Below, piece after piece: positions 1-12,339 of a DNA stretch of 64,000 nt. The stretch spans positions 210,214 to 274,213 of the forward strand of contig MU061544.1 in the NCBI GenBank assembly GCA_013265495.1. The letters run 5' to 3'. The notes under the pieces were generated by a model, which made no database searches, was not told the origin of the DNA, and worked only from the letters and a program-made list of their open reading frames with translations. The position numbers were made by a program, and so were the translations under genes. Source of the DNA: Vicugna vicugna. Taxonomy: Eukaryota. Position 1 is the stretch's first letter. Every line of letters begins with the position of its first letter.

Positions 1-1019
1 TGGTGAATAAATGGGAATTTATAAATATATTGGATATTTTCACTGACTTCTACATATGTTTCATTACAAAATAAAAAATTAAGATTCAAAATTTTCATAA
101 CAGCTCACAAAATAGTGGGAAAACAATAAATACATGTTGAATGAAGTATAAACACAAAGAAGCAGATTTAAGGAATTTTAATCATATAATATTCATATAG
201 TATATTCTGTTGGGTGTAGTACAAACTCCGAGCATCATCACATCTTTTCAGCCTAGATGATTACTCTTAAGGAGGTTCTCCACCTGTCTTTCCAATAGTC
301 TCAATCCAGTTCTCCATCATTTTCTTTCCAAGTCTTCAAGATCCTGGCCTTAAAACAACTGGAAAACCTTGGCTCAACCTTCAGCTCAATGAACATCTGG
401 GTCTTTCTCAGCTACACTGTTATTTCTCCTTAGCTCAGTGTGAAATTCTTCCAAATCAACCTTCTAACATATATCATCCCTACAGTCACTTTTGCAACCC
501 AGTCTGGGCCACCCTCTTGGGGAATTCTTGGACCCACACCAATTTTATATATAACATATTGAATGTAATATAATATGTAGTCAAGATGTTGACCAAAGAT
601 CATTTAAAAAACATTCAAATTGTGTTCATCTCACTTTGACTATAAAAGTAATAGCACACATGATACATTTTAGAAAGATGCTATCAAAAGTCTTAACTTT
701 AATTTTATCAAAATAAAAAGAGCACTGCACTGTAAGAGCAACTTTTACTGGGCTCACATTGTGTTTTAAATTTCTGTCCTATTATTTTTTGCTTGTAATG
801 CATTCTTTTGTAAAAATTGCCTGTGAAAGGAATATCTGCCCTCTATGTTGCCTAATCTCCCATAACAATGAATATCTGTTGAGGTTATAAAGGTCTCTCA
901 ATCCCCTGACTGTTGTTTAACCTCAAATCATATTTAAATGAAGTATGTAATGAAATGTGCTTTTGATCCAACTATCAGGTCATCATAAGCAGAGATGTAA
1001 CACATAGCTTCTTTTCAAA

Positions 1020-1377
1020 GGAGGACCTGCCACTCCAGTTACTCTCAGCTCCTTTAAGTATTATTTCAGCTGCCTCATTCAAGGTCATGCCTCTCTCAGG
1101 CAGCCCAGGTCCAATGATCGCTTAAGATGAGGGTATAAGGCCTAGCCTTTTGATCCCTAGAGGGACAATTCTAAAGGACCAGTCTAATTCTAGAACTTTC
1201 CTCACAGGATGGACTGAGATTCTGGATGGCCCTGTCTCAAAATTGGACTTCTCCCTCCTCCCACTCCTGCCTTCTCCCTTCCACAGCTTTGGATCCCAAA
1301 GGCACTCTCGCATAAAAAAACCCCTGCAAACTAAACTGTGTCTCAGATTGGCTTCCCAGGGAACACAACCTATGACA
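1020..1377 (+). mobile_element. ERVL solo LTR, LTR16A-like
   Basis: 3' end ...ctcagattggcttcccagggaacacaacctatgaca and ccttccacagctttggatcccaaaggcactct resemble the LTR16 consensus as recalled; 5' boundary approximate. Confidence 0.7.
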
Positions 1378-1939
1378 CATCTATTCACAATTTGCTGTAC
1401 AAGTAAGATAACTTGTTTTGAAAATCTACCACATTGCAGTTGAGTACCTCTAAATAACTGTATGGGCACTTTTAAATGTCATAGAAGTCCTTTGCAACCA
1501 ACAAGACAGATATTCTCTAAAAATAACTTGAGCAGGCTGCAACTGATGTCTTATTTGAAAAATGGTCAGATTGCTCTGATTAGGTTACTCCGTAATAATG
1601 TAGTCAAACTGCTTTAAAAAATTAGTGCAATTAACCTATAATAAATGAATAATTATGGAACCTCTAGTCTGTAGTTCACACTGGTGATTGAAAGAAAGTG
1701 AGGGAATCTAGGTTATGTGAATTGAAATGAGGATTTTGGAATAATTTTGACCCAAATAATTATCATACATTTAATTATTCTTGGGTTTACTCTTTACAAA
1801 GTTGGCTAATTATTAAGAAATTATATATATATATTTTTCCAAGACAAATTTTTTCTCAAAATATTTAGAACTCCTTGCTATTCAACAGGAAACTTTTAAA
1901 GGAAATAGACTTGAACATTACTTCCCACAAACTATGGTG

Positions 1940-2970
1940 AGTTCTGGTTACCAGACTGACATATAAATAGCTTAGAAGTCATAAACTCCCATCCTCACAA
2001 AAAGCTGAACAAACTGAAAATCAACAAAGTATATGAGATCTTTTAGAGAATTGAGGTCACAGGGTAATCTGCTGGTCCAAAAACTAGAGAGAGAGAGAGA
2101 GAGATGGATACAGAGAATCTGAGCTAGGAGCAGAAGCCACAGATGGAGACTGGTAGAAACATTTAAGGGGTAGCTGAATGATTGTTGTAGACTGAGTGTC
2201 TACTAATTTGAGAGAGAAAAACTCCTGGGGGCCCACCCTTAGTGGAGGTCTCTATGCCTTTACCACCAGGTATTGAATTTTACCACTAGGTTTTCAGAGT
2301 GAAATGAGAGAAAAATCTCCTTGTGCATCATCTAACACCGGGAAGGGAAAAGTACCCATTTTGAAATACACCTATAGGGTCTGTTCTCATTAATAAAAGA
2401 CCGCCCTCAAGGAAAATTATTTTTACCAGAGCCTAACCAATGTGGGCCTTAACAGAGTCCAGTTCAGGCTGGGGAAGAGAAATATCCAACTCCAGGCCCT
2501 TCTAGCCTTCCATGGCTGGGGAAGGAAAAAACCCAAATCCAGTCCATTCTAGCCATCCTATAATGTATGAAAAAGCTGAGAAGCATTTGTGAAGGTAACA
2601 GTCCAGGGCCACAGGCCCACTAAAACATTGAGACCTAATCCTAGGACTACAGAACACTTCCCCTCTGTCCCTTACTTACCTCTACATCAGCAGGGCTCCT
2701 GAATGATAGAAGGGCATTGCAGCTGAAAAGAATTCCAAGGCTCAGGCTCCTTTCGACTCTTTAGGAAAACCTAAATAGAATAGGGGAGACAAAACCAGGA
2801 CACTTTAGCCTCTGATACCAACACTATGGTAAACAATAAACACAGCCTAACACATAGCCAGATAAACTTAAAACCTCACATAAAAGACCTATTTACCTCA
2901 GTTCCTTTTACACAACACCTCATGTCTTTCAACAAAATAAGTACAAAGCATGGCAAAAAGTGAAAAACAC
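1940..2970 (+). mobile_element. Probable old L1 5' region (L1M-type 5'UTR remnant)
   Basis: Purine-rich L1-5'-like sequence directly upstream of an ORF2 start remnant; subfamily not resolved. Confidence 0.4.
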
Positions 2971-2979
2971 AGTTAAAAT

Positions 2980-3305
2980 GTAGTTGCTATTAATCCAACT
3001 ATATCAATAATTAATTTAAATATGAATGGTCTAAATACACCAATTAAAAGATGGAGACTATCTGAGTGGGTAAGAATACAAGAATATTGTTCACAGGACA
3101 GTTACTGTAAATGTAAAGACACAGACAGATTAAAAGTAAAAAATGGAGTAATATGCACCAAGCTGACACTAACCAAAAGAAAGCTAGAAGAGGTGTATTA
3201 ACTTCAGATAAAGGAGACTTCAGAGCAAAAAAAATTAATGGATTGAAGAAGACCATCACATTATGATACAGGAGGCAATTCTCCAAGAAGACATAACAAT
3301 CTCAT
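2980..3305 (+). mobile_element. L1 ORF2 endonuclease N-terminal remnant
   Basis: atatcaataattaatttaaatatgaatggtctaaatacaccaattaaaaga encodes ISIINLNMNGLNTPIKR, the L1 EN start motif; frame decayed downstream. Confidence 0.85.
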
Positions 3306-3760
3306 AAATTGTGCTTAGTAGACCAGTCTTGTACCTCAATGTTATGATACTAACCCCCAGGATCTGATTAAGGGTATTTAGTGTGTCCCAGTAGTGGAGA
3401 GAGGCTATATGAAAAATGTTCTCTCTTAGGTATGGACATGAGATTATTTAATGAAGAAAATTCAGAACACTATCTTCCATTTTAACATTTTGGTGCACTA
3501 CTTTTAACATGACTGACAGAATACCCTATATTAACAGCTAAGCCAGCAGCTAGGGTGATGAAACACCATCTAGCCTATTTCAAAAAAATGCAGAGTATTA
3601 GTAAGCATATTTAAAGTCAACGCCATCGAGTTTGCTTCTATACCTGCCTTAGAGTACAAGGCCGTTATTCAACCAGCTCCAAATCTTTCTCTTTTCCTGT
3701 CTTAACATGGTCTCCACCTAAGAGAATAAAAGCTTAACTTGGTTCTGCTACTAATTGCAA

Positions 3761-4544
3761 TGTCAGAGAGGGTTATCCACAACAAGAAGCAATTCTTGGG
3801 ACACCAGTGGGATCCCAACAATTCAACTCATTCCTGACACTACCTACCCAGCAGTAACATCGATTCCACAGGTTATGGGTTCAGTCCCACAGGGCACTGC
3901 AACTCTACCCTGCCCTCCCCACCACCAGCACTGTTAACTTCCAACACCAGTCACAAGGCCAGGTTTTACCCGTACTCCTGACCCACTGGCTATTAATCAG
4001 AGGTATCTAAGACCCCCTTCATGTGGTTCGATTAATTTGCAAGAGCAGCTCAGAGAATTCAGAGAAACATTTTACTTACTAGATCACCAGTTTATTATAA
4101 AAGAATTTAATTCAGGAACATCCAGATGGAAGAGATGCATAGGGCAAGGGATGGGGACAGGGCACAGAGGTTCCGTGCCCTCTCCAGTGAGCCACTTCCC
4201 CAATCTCTACAGGCTCACCAACCTGAAAACTCTCCAAACCCAGTTTTTTTGTGTTTTGGTGGACGGATCACTGATTAAACCATTGGCCATGGGCAATTAA
4301 TTCTACCTCTAGCCCTCCTTCCCCCTCCCCAGAGGTGGGGTGGAGGGGCTGAAAGTTTCAACTTTCTAATCATTTAGTTGGTTCCCCTGGCAACCAGCCC
4401 CCATCCTTAGGTCCAAAAGTCACCTCATTAACATAACAAAAACATCTCAGTTGTTCTCACCACACAGGAAATTCCAAGGGTTTTAGGCACTCCCTGTCAG
4501 AAACAGGAGTGAAGACTAAATATATATTTCTTACTTAAATCACA
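3761..4544 (-). mobile_element. MER21-family ERVL solo LTR
   Basis: Reverse complement begins tgtgattt...agaaatatatatttagtcttc...cctaaaacccttggaatttcctg and ends ...ctgaca; ~780 bp TG..CA. Confidence 0.85.
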
Positions 4545-4659
4545 AAGCTCTTTTTCCTGCATACCTAAATAATAACACCGCATACCTAACACTGCATACC
4601 TAAAATAATATTTAAAAACTGAAAATGATCAAAATCTCCACCAAATAACAAAGCTCAGT

Positions 4660-4810
4660 GAAATCAGACTGCCTTCTTTATATGATTTGGGGCAAGTAAT
4701 TTAATCTTGAGGATCCTTGTTTTCCTTGTGAGAAAAATGGACAAAATAAAGGGTTATTATTATAAGGATTAAAGGATATAGTGCATCCAGTGGCTTAACA
4801 GAATATACAC
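4660..4810 (+). mobile_element. MIR fragment
   Basis: ttggggcaagtaatttaatctt...tttccttgtgagaaaaatgg...taaggattaaa core-like motifs. Confidence 0.55.
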
Positions 4811-5039
4811 AATTAATTTTGAATCAAGATTAACTCTGCACAAAGCAAAAACATGTATTCTGTGGCTATAGAAGTATGTTTACTTTGCTCAAGTTCTTTT
4901 TAATACAAACTAAGAGATTAACAAACATTCATTAATAGCAAGTATCTGTCAGGTATTGGGCTGGATTGAAAGAAAAAAAAAATGTGGTAGAGCTTGCCAA
5001 GCCATTCAAAAATAATCCAAGTTCTCTTTTTCCACAAAC

Positions 5040-5270
5040 CCCTGGAGTTAAGCTTGAGTCACATGGTTGAGCCACATGACTGAGGCTTACAGAATGTGAA
5101 CAGACGTGATATATGTCACTTCCGGTACTGACTACTAAGACCACTTGCCACCCCACAGGTCTATTAGGCTTGTTGCAGAAGGCTCATAGGAGATCTCTGA
5201 GGCTCTAGAAGTGATGGACCCAAAGAAAGAAAGGAAAATCTCATTTGAATCCCCCTTTTGAAAAGCTTCC
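5040..5270 (+). mobile_element. MaLR (MLT1-type) LTR fragment
   Basis: gccacatgactgag...agaatgtgaacagacgtgatatatgtcacttcc typical MLT1 motif. Confidence 0.55.
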
Positions 5271-5274
5271 CACC

Positions 5275-5535
5275 AAATAGCCAATTTATCTGTATGGCCA
5301 AGTAAATGTTATTTACCAAACATTTGCTTTTCCATTTCCCTGTGAATTGTCTTCCCCAACTTTGAAATCCCAAACCACAAACCCCAACAATCCTCTTTTG
5401 TTTTTATCTGAAGATGATATTTAAGGTGATGATTTCAGCCATTTTGGTGAGTGACTCAGTTTTTCATGTCTACATGTTTTTAAACTTATGTTCGGTTTTC
5501 TCCTGTTAATCTGTCTCATGTCAATTTAACTCCAA
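5275..5535 (+). mobile_element. ERV1-type LTR 3' fragment
   Basis: TATA-like gatatttaaggtg, then cagccatttt...ttttctcctgttaatctgtct typical of MER34/MER39-like LTR R/U5. Confidence 0.5.
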
Positions 5536-5929
5536 TGCCAGGAAACAAAAATACCATTCTAAAAGTCTATAAAGTATGCAGAGGACTTTTTTTTTATTAC
5601 AGTTTCCTACAATTCATATAGAGAATTAAATAAGGTATGAAGAAAGATATTTTTGTTAAACAAAGATATTTTAGTTAAAATATTTTAATTAGAAGATAGC
5701 TTAGTCTCAATTTGATATTGGTTTCAGGATTGAACAGACTTATTTAAAGAGAGTTTCCATGTAATTAATTCACTATGTCTCTCTATATTTCTGTTGATTT
5801 TTAACTGTGTAATGACTAGATAATGTTTTTAACTGTTATGTGTGTGTTCTCAGTTTTACTTTGTTTCAAATGTCTGAATAAACCCAATGATAGATTGTCT
5901 TATAAATAATGTGTCTGAAAATCTTTATA

Positions 5930-6070
5930 CACCTCAGTTTCCTCATATGTAAAATGGAGCATTACTGATTCATAAATAGATTGACAGAATTCAATAAAAT
6001 GTGTAAAGCAATGAACAAAATACTTGGCATATGGTAAGGGCTTAATACAGTTTAATAAATTTTAGTAATT
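5930..6070 (+). mobile_element. MIR 3' fragment
   Basis: cctcagtttcctcatatgtaaaatggag...tgtgtaaagca...cttggcatatggtaag. Confidence 0.7.
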
Positions 6071-7230
6071 ATGATTTAGTTTGGGTTGCAATCACAAATT
6101 GAAGAAAACTGAGGAAAAGGACTATAAGATCAAAACAAAAACAAATTATAAATAATGAGGTAAAGGAGATTCACATGCTAGATACTTAAACATTCAACTG
6201 TCTCCTTTCATTCCTCAAGTTTGGAGTGGAGTTACTATTAGTTTCAAACTAACGATCATCAAGAATTGAACACACTGCTCTCGTATGAATATAAATCTTT
6301 GAAAATCCTGAGCTTTGCTCTGCAACTCTGTTTAAGAATCTGATTTAAACTTTAGATGACGCAAAAGAAGGACTATTCAAATGATGTCTGGAATTCAGTT
6401 ACACAAAATATTACTATTAGAGTTTGTATGGAGGTTTAGAGAATATTCTTCCTGAAATAATGTGAGACAAGGGTAAAATATTTGGAGGCAAGAAATGCTT
6501 CCTCCACCTAGATATTTTTCCTACTGCAAAGAACCTAAATTGGTAGAATCTGTAGCTGAGGTGCTGCTTTCCGTATGAAGAGGGTGTTATCAAGGCAAAT
6601 GTGAAACCTAATTTGGACTTTGATTGTTTTTTTCTTTTCCGTTACATATTTATAAATGCAGCACTCCAGGCAACAATTCAGACTGCTAGTGTGCAGGTCT
6701 TTTGCTGTTGATTTCTGGTGGTGGGTTGGGAACTACCAATAAGGCAACATGTATAAATCTACTCCACCATTACTGTAGAGAAATAACTTTTTATCTCTAC
6801 TTTAAAACCCTCTTGTGTTCTGTTTAATTGTGTTCTTTAGAATTATGTCCTGTGGAAAAAGACTAAGCTACAGAGAAATCGTAAAAGTCAGCAATGTTAG
6901 ATGAAATATCAGAATTGCATCAAAGGACAAAGAGGTAGGCAGGGCAGAAAAAGTAATCCTCTGATTTAAAGAATAATAACCAGGAGGTGAATATGCTGGC
7001 ATGGGAAGTAAATAAGTAGGTTTGAAATTTTTATTTGTGCTTTTGGTTTTGAATTTTAAAAATAAAAAGGAGCCAGAAAAGGAGGAAGAGGAATGACTTG
7101 TGGCTCTCAGAAAGACAAACAACAGGAAACAACTCAGAACAAATGAAATGATTTAGATAGAGTAACTTGTATCAATCTAGATAAATCATTAAAAACTAAT
7201 ACTGCAGGAAAAAAATGACAGTTTGCTGAT

Positions 7231-8602
7231 AAGTGCTAGAGAACGTGAGGAGAAAAGGGAACCCTCCTACACTGTTGGTGGGAATGTAATTTGGTACAGC
7301 CCATATGGAAAACAGTATGGAGATTCTTTAAAAAACTAAAAATAGAACTACCATATGATACAGCAATCTCACTCCTGGGCATATATCCAGAGAAAACTCT
7401 AATTCCAAAAGACACCTGCACCCCAATGTTCATAGCAGCACTGTTTACAATAGCCAAGACATGGAAGCAACCTAAATGTTCATCAACAGATGACTGGATG
7501 AGGAAGCTGTGGTATATTTATACAATGGAATACTACTCAGCCATAAAAAATAATAAAATAATGCCATTTGCAGCAACATGGATGGACCTAGAGATTATCA
7601 TACTAAGTGATATAAGTCAGAGAAAGACAAATATCATATGGTATCACTTACATTTGGAATCTAAAAAATGATACAAATGAACTTATTCACAAACAGGAAA
7701 TAGATTCACAGACATAGAAAACAAACTCATGGTTACCAAAGGGGAAAGGCAGGGGGAGGGATAAATTAAGAGTTCAGATTTAACAGTTACAAACTGCTAT
7801 ATATAAAGTAGATAGACAAGGTCCTACGGTATAGCATATATAACTATATTCAATACCTTATAATATATCCAGAAGGAACCCTACTTCAGGATGACACCTG
7901 CACCCCAATGTTCATAGCAGCACTATTTACAATAGCCAAGACATGGAGACAGCCTAAATGCCCATCGACAGATGACTGGATAAAGAAGAGGTGGTATATT
8001 TATACGATGGAATACTACTCAGCCATAAAAACCAACAACATGACACCATTTGCAGCAACATGGATGTTCCTGGAGAATGTCATTCTAAGTGAAGTAAGCC
8101 AGAAAGAGAAAGAAAAATACCATATGAGATTGCTTATATGTGGAATCTAAAAAAAAAACCAAACAAAAACAAACAAAGCATAAATACAGAACAAAAACAG
8201 ACTCATAGACATAGAATACAAACTTGTGGTTGCCAAGGGGGCGGAGGGTGGGAAGGGATAGATGGGATTTCAAAATTGTAGGATAGATAAACAAGATTAT
8301 ACTGTATAGCACAGGGAAATATAAACAAGATCATATGGTAGCTCACAGAGAAAACAATGTGACAATGAATATATATATGTTCATGTATAACTGAAAAATT
8401 GTGCTGTACACTGGAATTTGACACAACATTGTAAAATGATTATAAATCAATAAAAAATGTTTAAAAAATGAATAAACCTTTACATATTAACATAAAAAAT
8501 ACATAATGATAAAGAATATATATATATATAACTGAATCACTATGCTGTACACCAGGAATGAATGCAACATTGTAAATCAACTATACTTCAATTTATAAAA
8601 AG
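7231..8602 (+). mobile_element. 5'-truncated L1 (ORF2 C-terminus + 3'UTR), host of a nested L1
   Basis: ORF 7291-7671 is L1 ORF2 C-terminus ([29 protein letters not shown]); TSD atgacagtttgc[t/c]gat at 7215-7230 and 8603-8618. Confidence 0.95.
7863..8499 (+). mobile_element. Younger 5'-truncated L1 nested in the 3'UTR of the previous L1
   Basis: Second ORF2 C-terminus (7908-8150) with a different 3'UTR ending aatcaataaaaaatgtttaaaaaa; host 3'UTR resumes at ~8500. Confidence 0.9.
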
Positions 8603-8711
8603 ATGACAGTTTGCCGATGGATAATGCAGTAAAATTCCATTTGTATGAAGATTAAATTTTCATAAGAATAGCCTATAGTGCTTAAGAAAAAATATATGTG
8701 TAGTAGAAATA

Positions 8712-9171
8712 CAGGCATGCCTCAGAGAGATTGCAAGTTTAGTTTCAGACCACCACAATAAAGTGAGTCACATGAAATTTTTGGTTTCCTTGTGCATATA
8801 AAAGTTATGTTTGCACTATACTGCAGTCTATTAAGTGGACAATAGAATTACATCTAAAAAAATAATGTACATACATTAATTAAAATATACATTATTGGTC
8901 ACAGATGCATCATCTGAGCCTTCAGGGAGTTGTAGTAGTAACATCAAAGATCACTGATCACAGATCACCGTAACAAATATAATACTAATGGAAAAAGTTT
9001 GAAATATTGGGAAAATTGCCAAAATGGGACACAGACATGAAGTGGGCAAATGCTGTAGGAAAAATAGCACCAACAGACTTGCTTAACACAGGATTGCCAC
9101 AAATCTTCAATTAGGAAAAAAAAAATGCAGTATCTGCGAAGCACAATAAAGTGAAGCACAATAAAATGAGG
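8712..9171 (-). mobile_element. Internally deleted Tigger1 (Tigger1a_Art-like) TcMar DNA transposon
   Basis: TA|caggcatgcctcagagagattgc...cagaccaccacaataaag end and ...gcacaataaaatgagg other end (last TIR bases missing); reverse-complement homologue of 49296-49754. Confidence 0.9.
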
Positions 9172-9469
9172 CAGAGGACACTAAAAACAATAAACAACAT
9201 TGCAAGATAGTGGTTACTTCATCAGGGGAGGGAGGGAGGGAGGGTTACTTCATAACCCTGTATGGTTATACAGGGATGTACAGGGGTTGTTATTACCTTT
9301 TATAATGTTTTGTTTCTTAAATTAGGTAATTAATATATGTATTTGTTATTTTAATCTTTATAAATGTTCTGTATATGTTGAAGTTAATTTAAAAAGAAAA
9401 ACTCTATAGGAATACTAACCATTAAAATTATTTGTGCTTAGGAAGAAAAGGGTGGCTGGTTACAGAGAC

Positions 9470-10210
9470 ACTCTCACTGTTTTAGTTTTCTTTTGTTGCA
9501 CGCCAAAACTAGAAGTTTAAACAACCATTTGCTCAGGAAATTGTAGGTCAAGAATTCAGAGCTCAGCTAGGCGGTTCTACTCCAGTAAATCAGCTGCAAT
9601 CAACTCGTGATGGGGCAGGGCTGGAAGTACATAAATGTTTCACTCACATGTCTGGCATCTTCATATTCCTCCATGTGGCTTCCCTCTCTCCCTTCATGTG
9701 GCTTGTTTGAGCTTCCTCACAACATGTTTGCCTTAGTGTAGCTGTATTTTTGTTTTGTTTTGTTTTGTTTTTTGTCTCTTCAGGAGGGACCATTCTAAGA
9801 GGTACAAGTTTGTAGTTACAGATTTCCTTCCTTCCTTCCTTCCTCCCTTATTTCCTAGCTCCCTTTCTTCCTTCCTTTCTTTTCTCAGTAGACTACAGAT
9901 TTATTACAAAAGGATATTAAAGGAAATGTCCTGACAGACAGATAAAGAATACATAGGGCAAGGTCCCGAACAAAGGAGCTTCTATCTTTGTGGAGCTTGG
10001 GGCCCATCATGGTGGCACGTGGTCCTAGATGTGGAAGCTCTCTAAAAAGGGCTGTGGTTACAGATGTACAGATGTGGTTACTTAATGTCTAATACTACAA
10101 ATTATACGTCATCTCTTCTTCCACATTCTACTGCAGAGTCCAGATCCAAGAGTAAGTGAAATAGATTCTGCCTATGGAAGGGGCATAAGCAGGTCACACT
10201 GCAAAGGAGC
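9470..10210 (-). mobile_element. MaLR (MLT1-type) LTR interrupted by a retrocopied LTR fragment
   Basis: ttcactcacatgtctggca, gagcttcctcacaacatg, cttcttccacattcta MLT1 antisense motifs on both sides of 9824-10052. Confidence 0.65.
9824..10052 (-). mobile_element. MER21-group LTR R-region fragment with purine tail and TSD (probable L1-mediated retrocopy)
   Basis: Minus strand: ...agaagctcctttgttcgggaccttgccctatgtattc...AATAAA (9900-9905) then GA-rich tail; TSD tgt[a/g]gttacagat at 9811-9823 and 10053-10065. Confidence 0.75.
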
Positions 10211-11929
10211 GTGAGCTGGTATCTTTCCTTCTAAACAATAATATAAAATAGGAAAATCAAAACACACAAACATTCAAACAAACCTCTCTCTTAATACCTT
10301 GTCCTCTCAAACTATTGTGTTCCTCCTTTTTTTCTATCCTTTAAAGACAATCTTCTAAAATTATTGGGTAATCACTGTGTCTCCATTCCCTTACTTCTTA
10401 TTCAAGCTTTAACCCATTCTGACTTCTTTTTTGCACTAGCACACACAGAACTATTCTGTTTAAAGGTCACCAAACATTTAATTAAAGTCAGTACCGTGAA
10501 TGAAATAATAGTGACTCAACAAACAGAAGTTACAGAGACAAATTGTTAATGCAACTACAAGTGCAGGAAATATAAGTGTAGCTAATATGAGTATTACATG
10601 CATGGAATAGGAACAGGAAGTTCTTTTAAAACATTGCATTGTTATGTATAAGAAATAATTACAGATGATGGGTAAGTTAAAGAGTAGAATGGACAAAGTG
10701 GAAAAGCATATTAGAGAGCCAAAAATTATTCCCAAGGAATGAATTTTCCCTCAAAATGTCACTGTAAAGCAAAAGAAAAAAATTTTTTTCAAAGAGAATT
10801 TGAAAGATAAAGAAAATTGACTTAAAAGTTCTAACACCTATTTAAAAGAGGGTTCAGAAAGAGAAAACAGTGAGACTGGAAAGGAGATAATAGCTTAATT
10901 CACCATGTTCAAAAGGGATTCCCAACACTTTAACCCAGAATTAACCATATTGTTAAACATAGCCATACTCCATTCGGATACTTAAACTAGAAACCTGGGA
11001 GTAATTTTTAATATCCTTTTTCCATTCAATAATCTCAGATTAAATATATCAACAAATGCTTCATAACATCTCAAATCTGTCTAGTTTCTGTCACCATTTT
11101 GTCCTAGCTTTCTAATATTTTGTAAATTGTTTCCTTATGTATACCTCTGTTTCAGTCTTATTTATTCTCCACATCGTATCTACTGTGTATATAAATATAT
11201 ATGCATAGGTATGTACAATTCCTTCTTTTGTAAACTGTCAGTTCATTCTATTTAAATTTGCTACTTTATTGTATGCTCATATTTTTCTCATTCATTGAAA
11301 ATATATTTACATTAACCCAGTGTCTCAAATGTACATACAAAAATTCAAATAGTCATTGATCTGAAAAACTTGCATTGTTTTGTTCTTTATAAACACTTTA
11401 AATTTGGGGGTAGCCAAGTCCAACTATTCTTTTAAAATGTAGCTTAAATGTGTGTGTATGCCTGTGCGTGTGTATTCACACACTCACAGAGATATGTCTA
11501 TATATGTATGGTTGTTTCTGAACTTTGGATTCTGCCATGGTAACTTTTTTGTTCTTTTGTTTAAACTATGTAATTATCATAAATTTTTGAGTCTTTTAAT
11601 ATATCATTATTTGTAAACATATATTCTTATTACCTGGGGTTTAAGCTCACATGAAATATTTCGAATGTATTTAAAAAAGAAAGTTAGCACAATTTTAATA
11701 TGATTGGACCCTCAAGTAGGTTTTTTAAACTTAATTTTGGGTTTCATATTTAGATTATTGTTATTATTAATTTATATCCTTAACTTTGAGTAATGACTTC
11801 TAGAAAATAACCTGATTTTCTATCAAAAAGTAGTGATTAAATAGATGATATCACTTTATCTAAGATAAAAGAGTTTAGAAATTCTCATCCAGTAAAAATG
11901 AAAACAAATCATACTACCATCTTCTCACT

Positions 11930-12339
11930 TAACTCTTTTTTGGACACAAATTCTTTGTGACTTATTTTGACCAATAGGATTGACATGGGAGTTCTAAATG
12001 TAGATCTTAAAAGGCCTTGAGAATATCCACTTTCATCTTTCTTGAAATTCCTTCTCAGTTATGTGATGTAGCCCAGGCTGGTATGCTGGAGACGTGCGGG
12101 CCAGCCAACATCCAACACTGACTGTCAGAAGTGTGAGTGTAGACCATCAAGACATGAGTGAATTACCAAATGACTGCAGCCATTTGAAACACAGGAGAAA
12201 AGAACAGCAGGAAAATCGTGCAATTGAATCCAGGCTTAACTGAGGACATTCAGAATAGTGAACAATGAACAAATAAAATGGTATTTTGAGCCACTAAATT
12301 TTGAGATGGCTTCTTTTACAGCAATAGGTAATTGGTACA
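11930..12339 (+). mobile_element. MaLR MLT1 LTR
   Basis: 3' end ttttgagccactaaattttgagatggcttcttttacagcaataggtaattggtaca is the MLT1 terminus. Confidence 0.8.

Noticed and set aside
490..860. Possible hAT-Tip100 DNA transposon remnant
   Set aside because: Only a vague resemblance; no TIR or TSD could be fixed
1122..1469. Overlapping 115-aa and 97-aa ORFs
   Set aside because: They lie within an LTR16-like LTR and resemble no protein I recognise
7291..8150. ORFs of 126 aa and 80 aa as protein-coding genes
   Set aside because: They are L1 ORF2 C-terminal fragments in 5'-truncated elements
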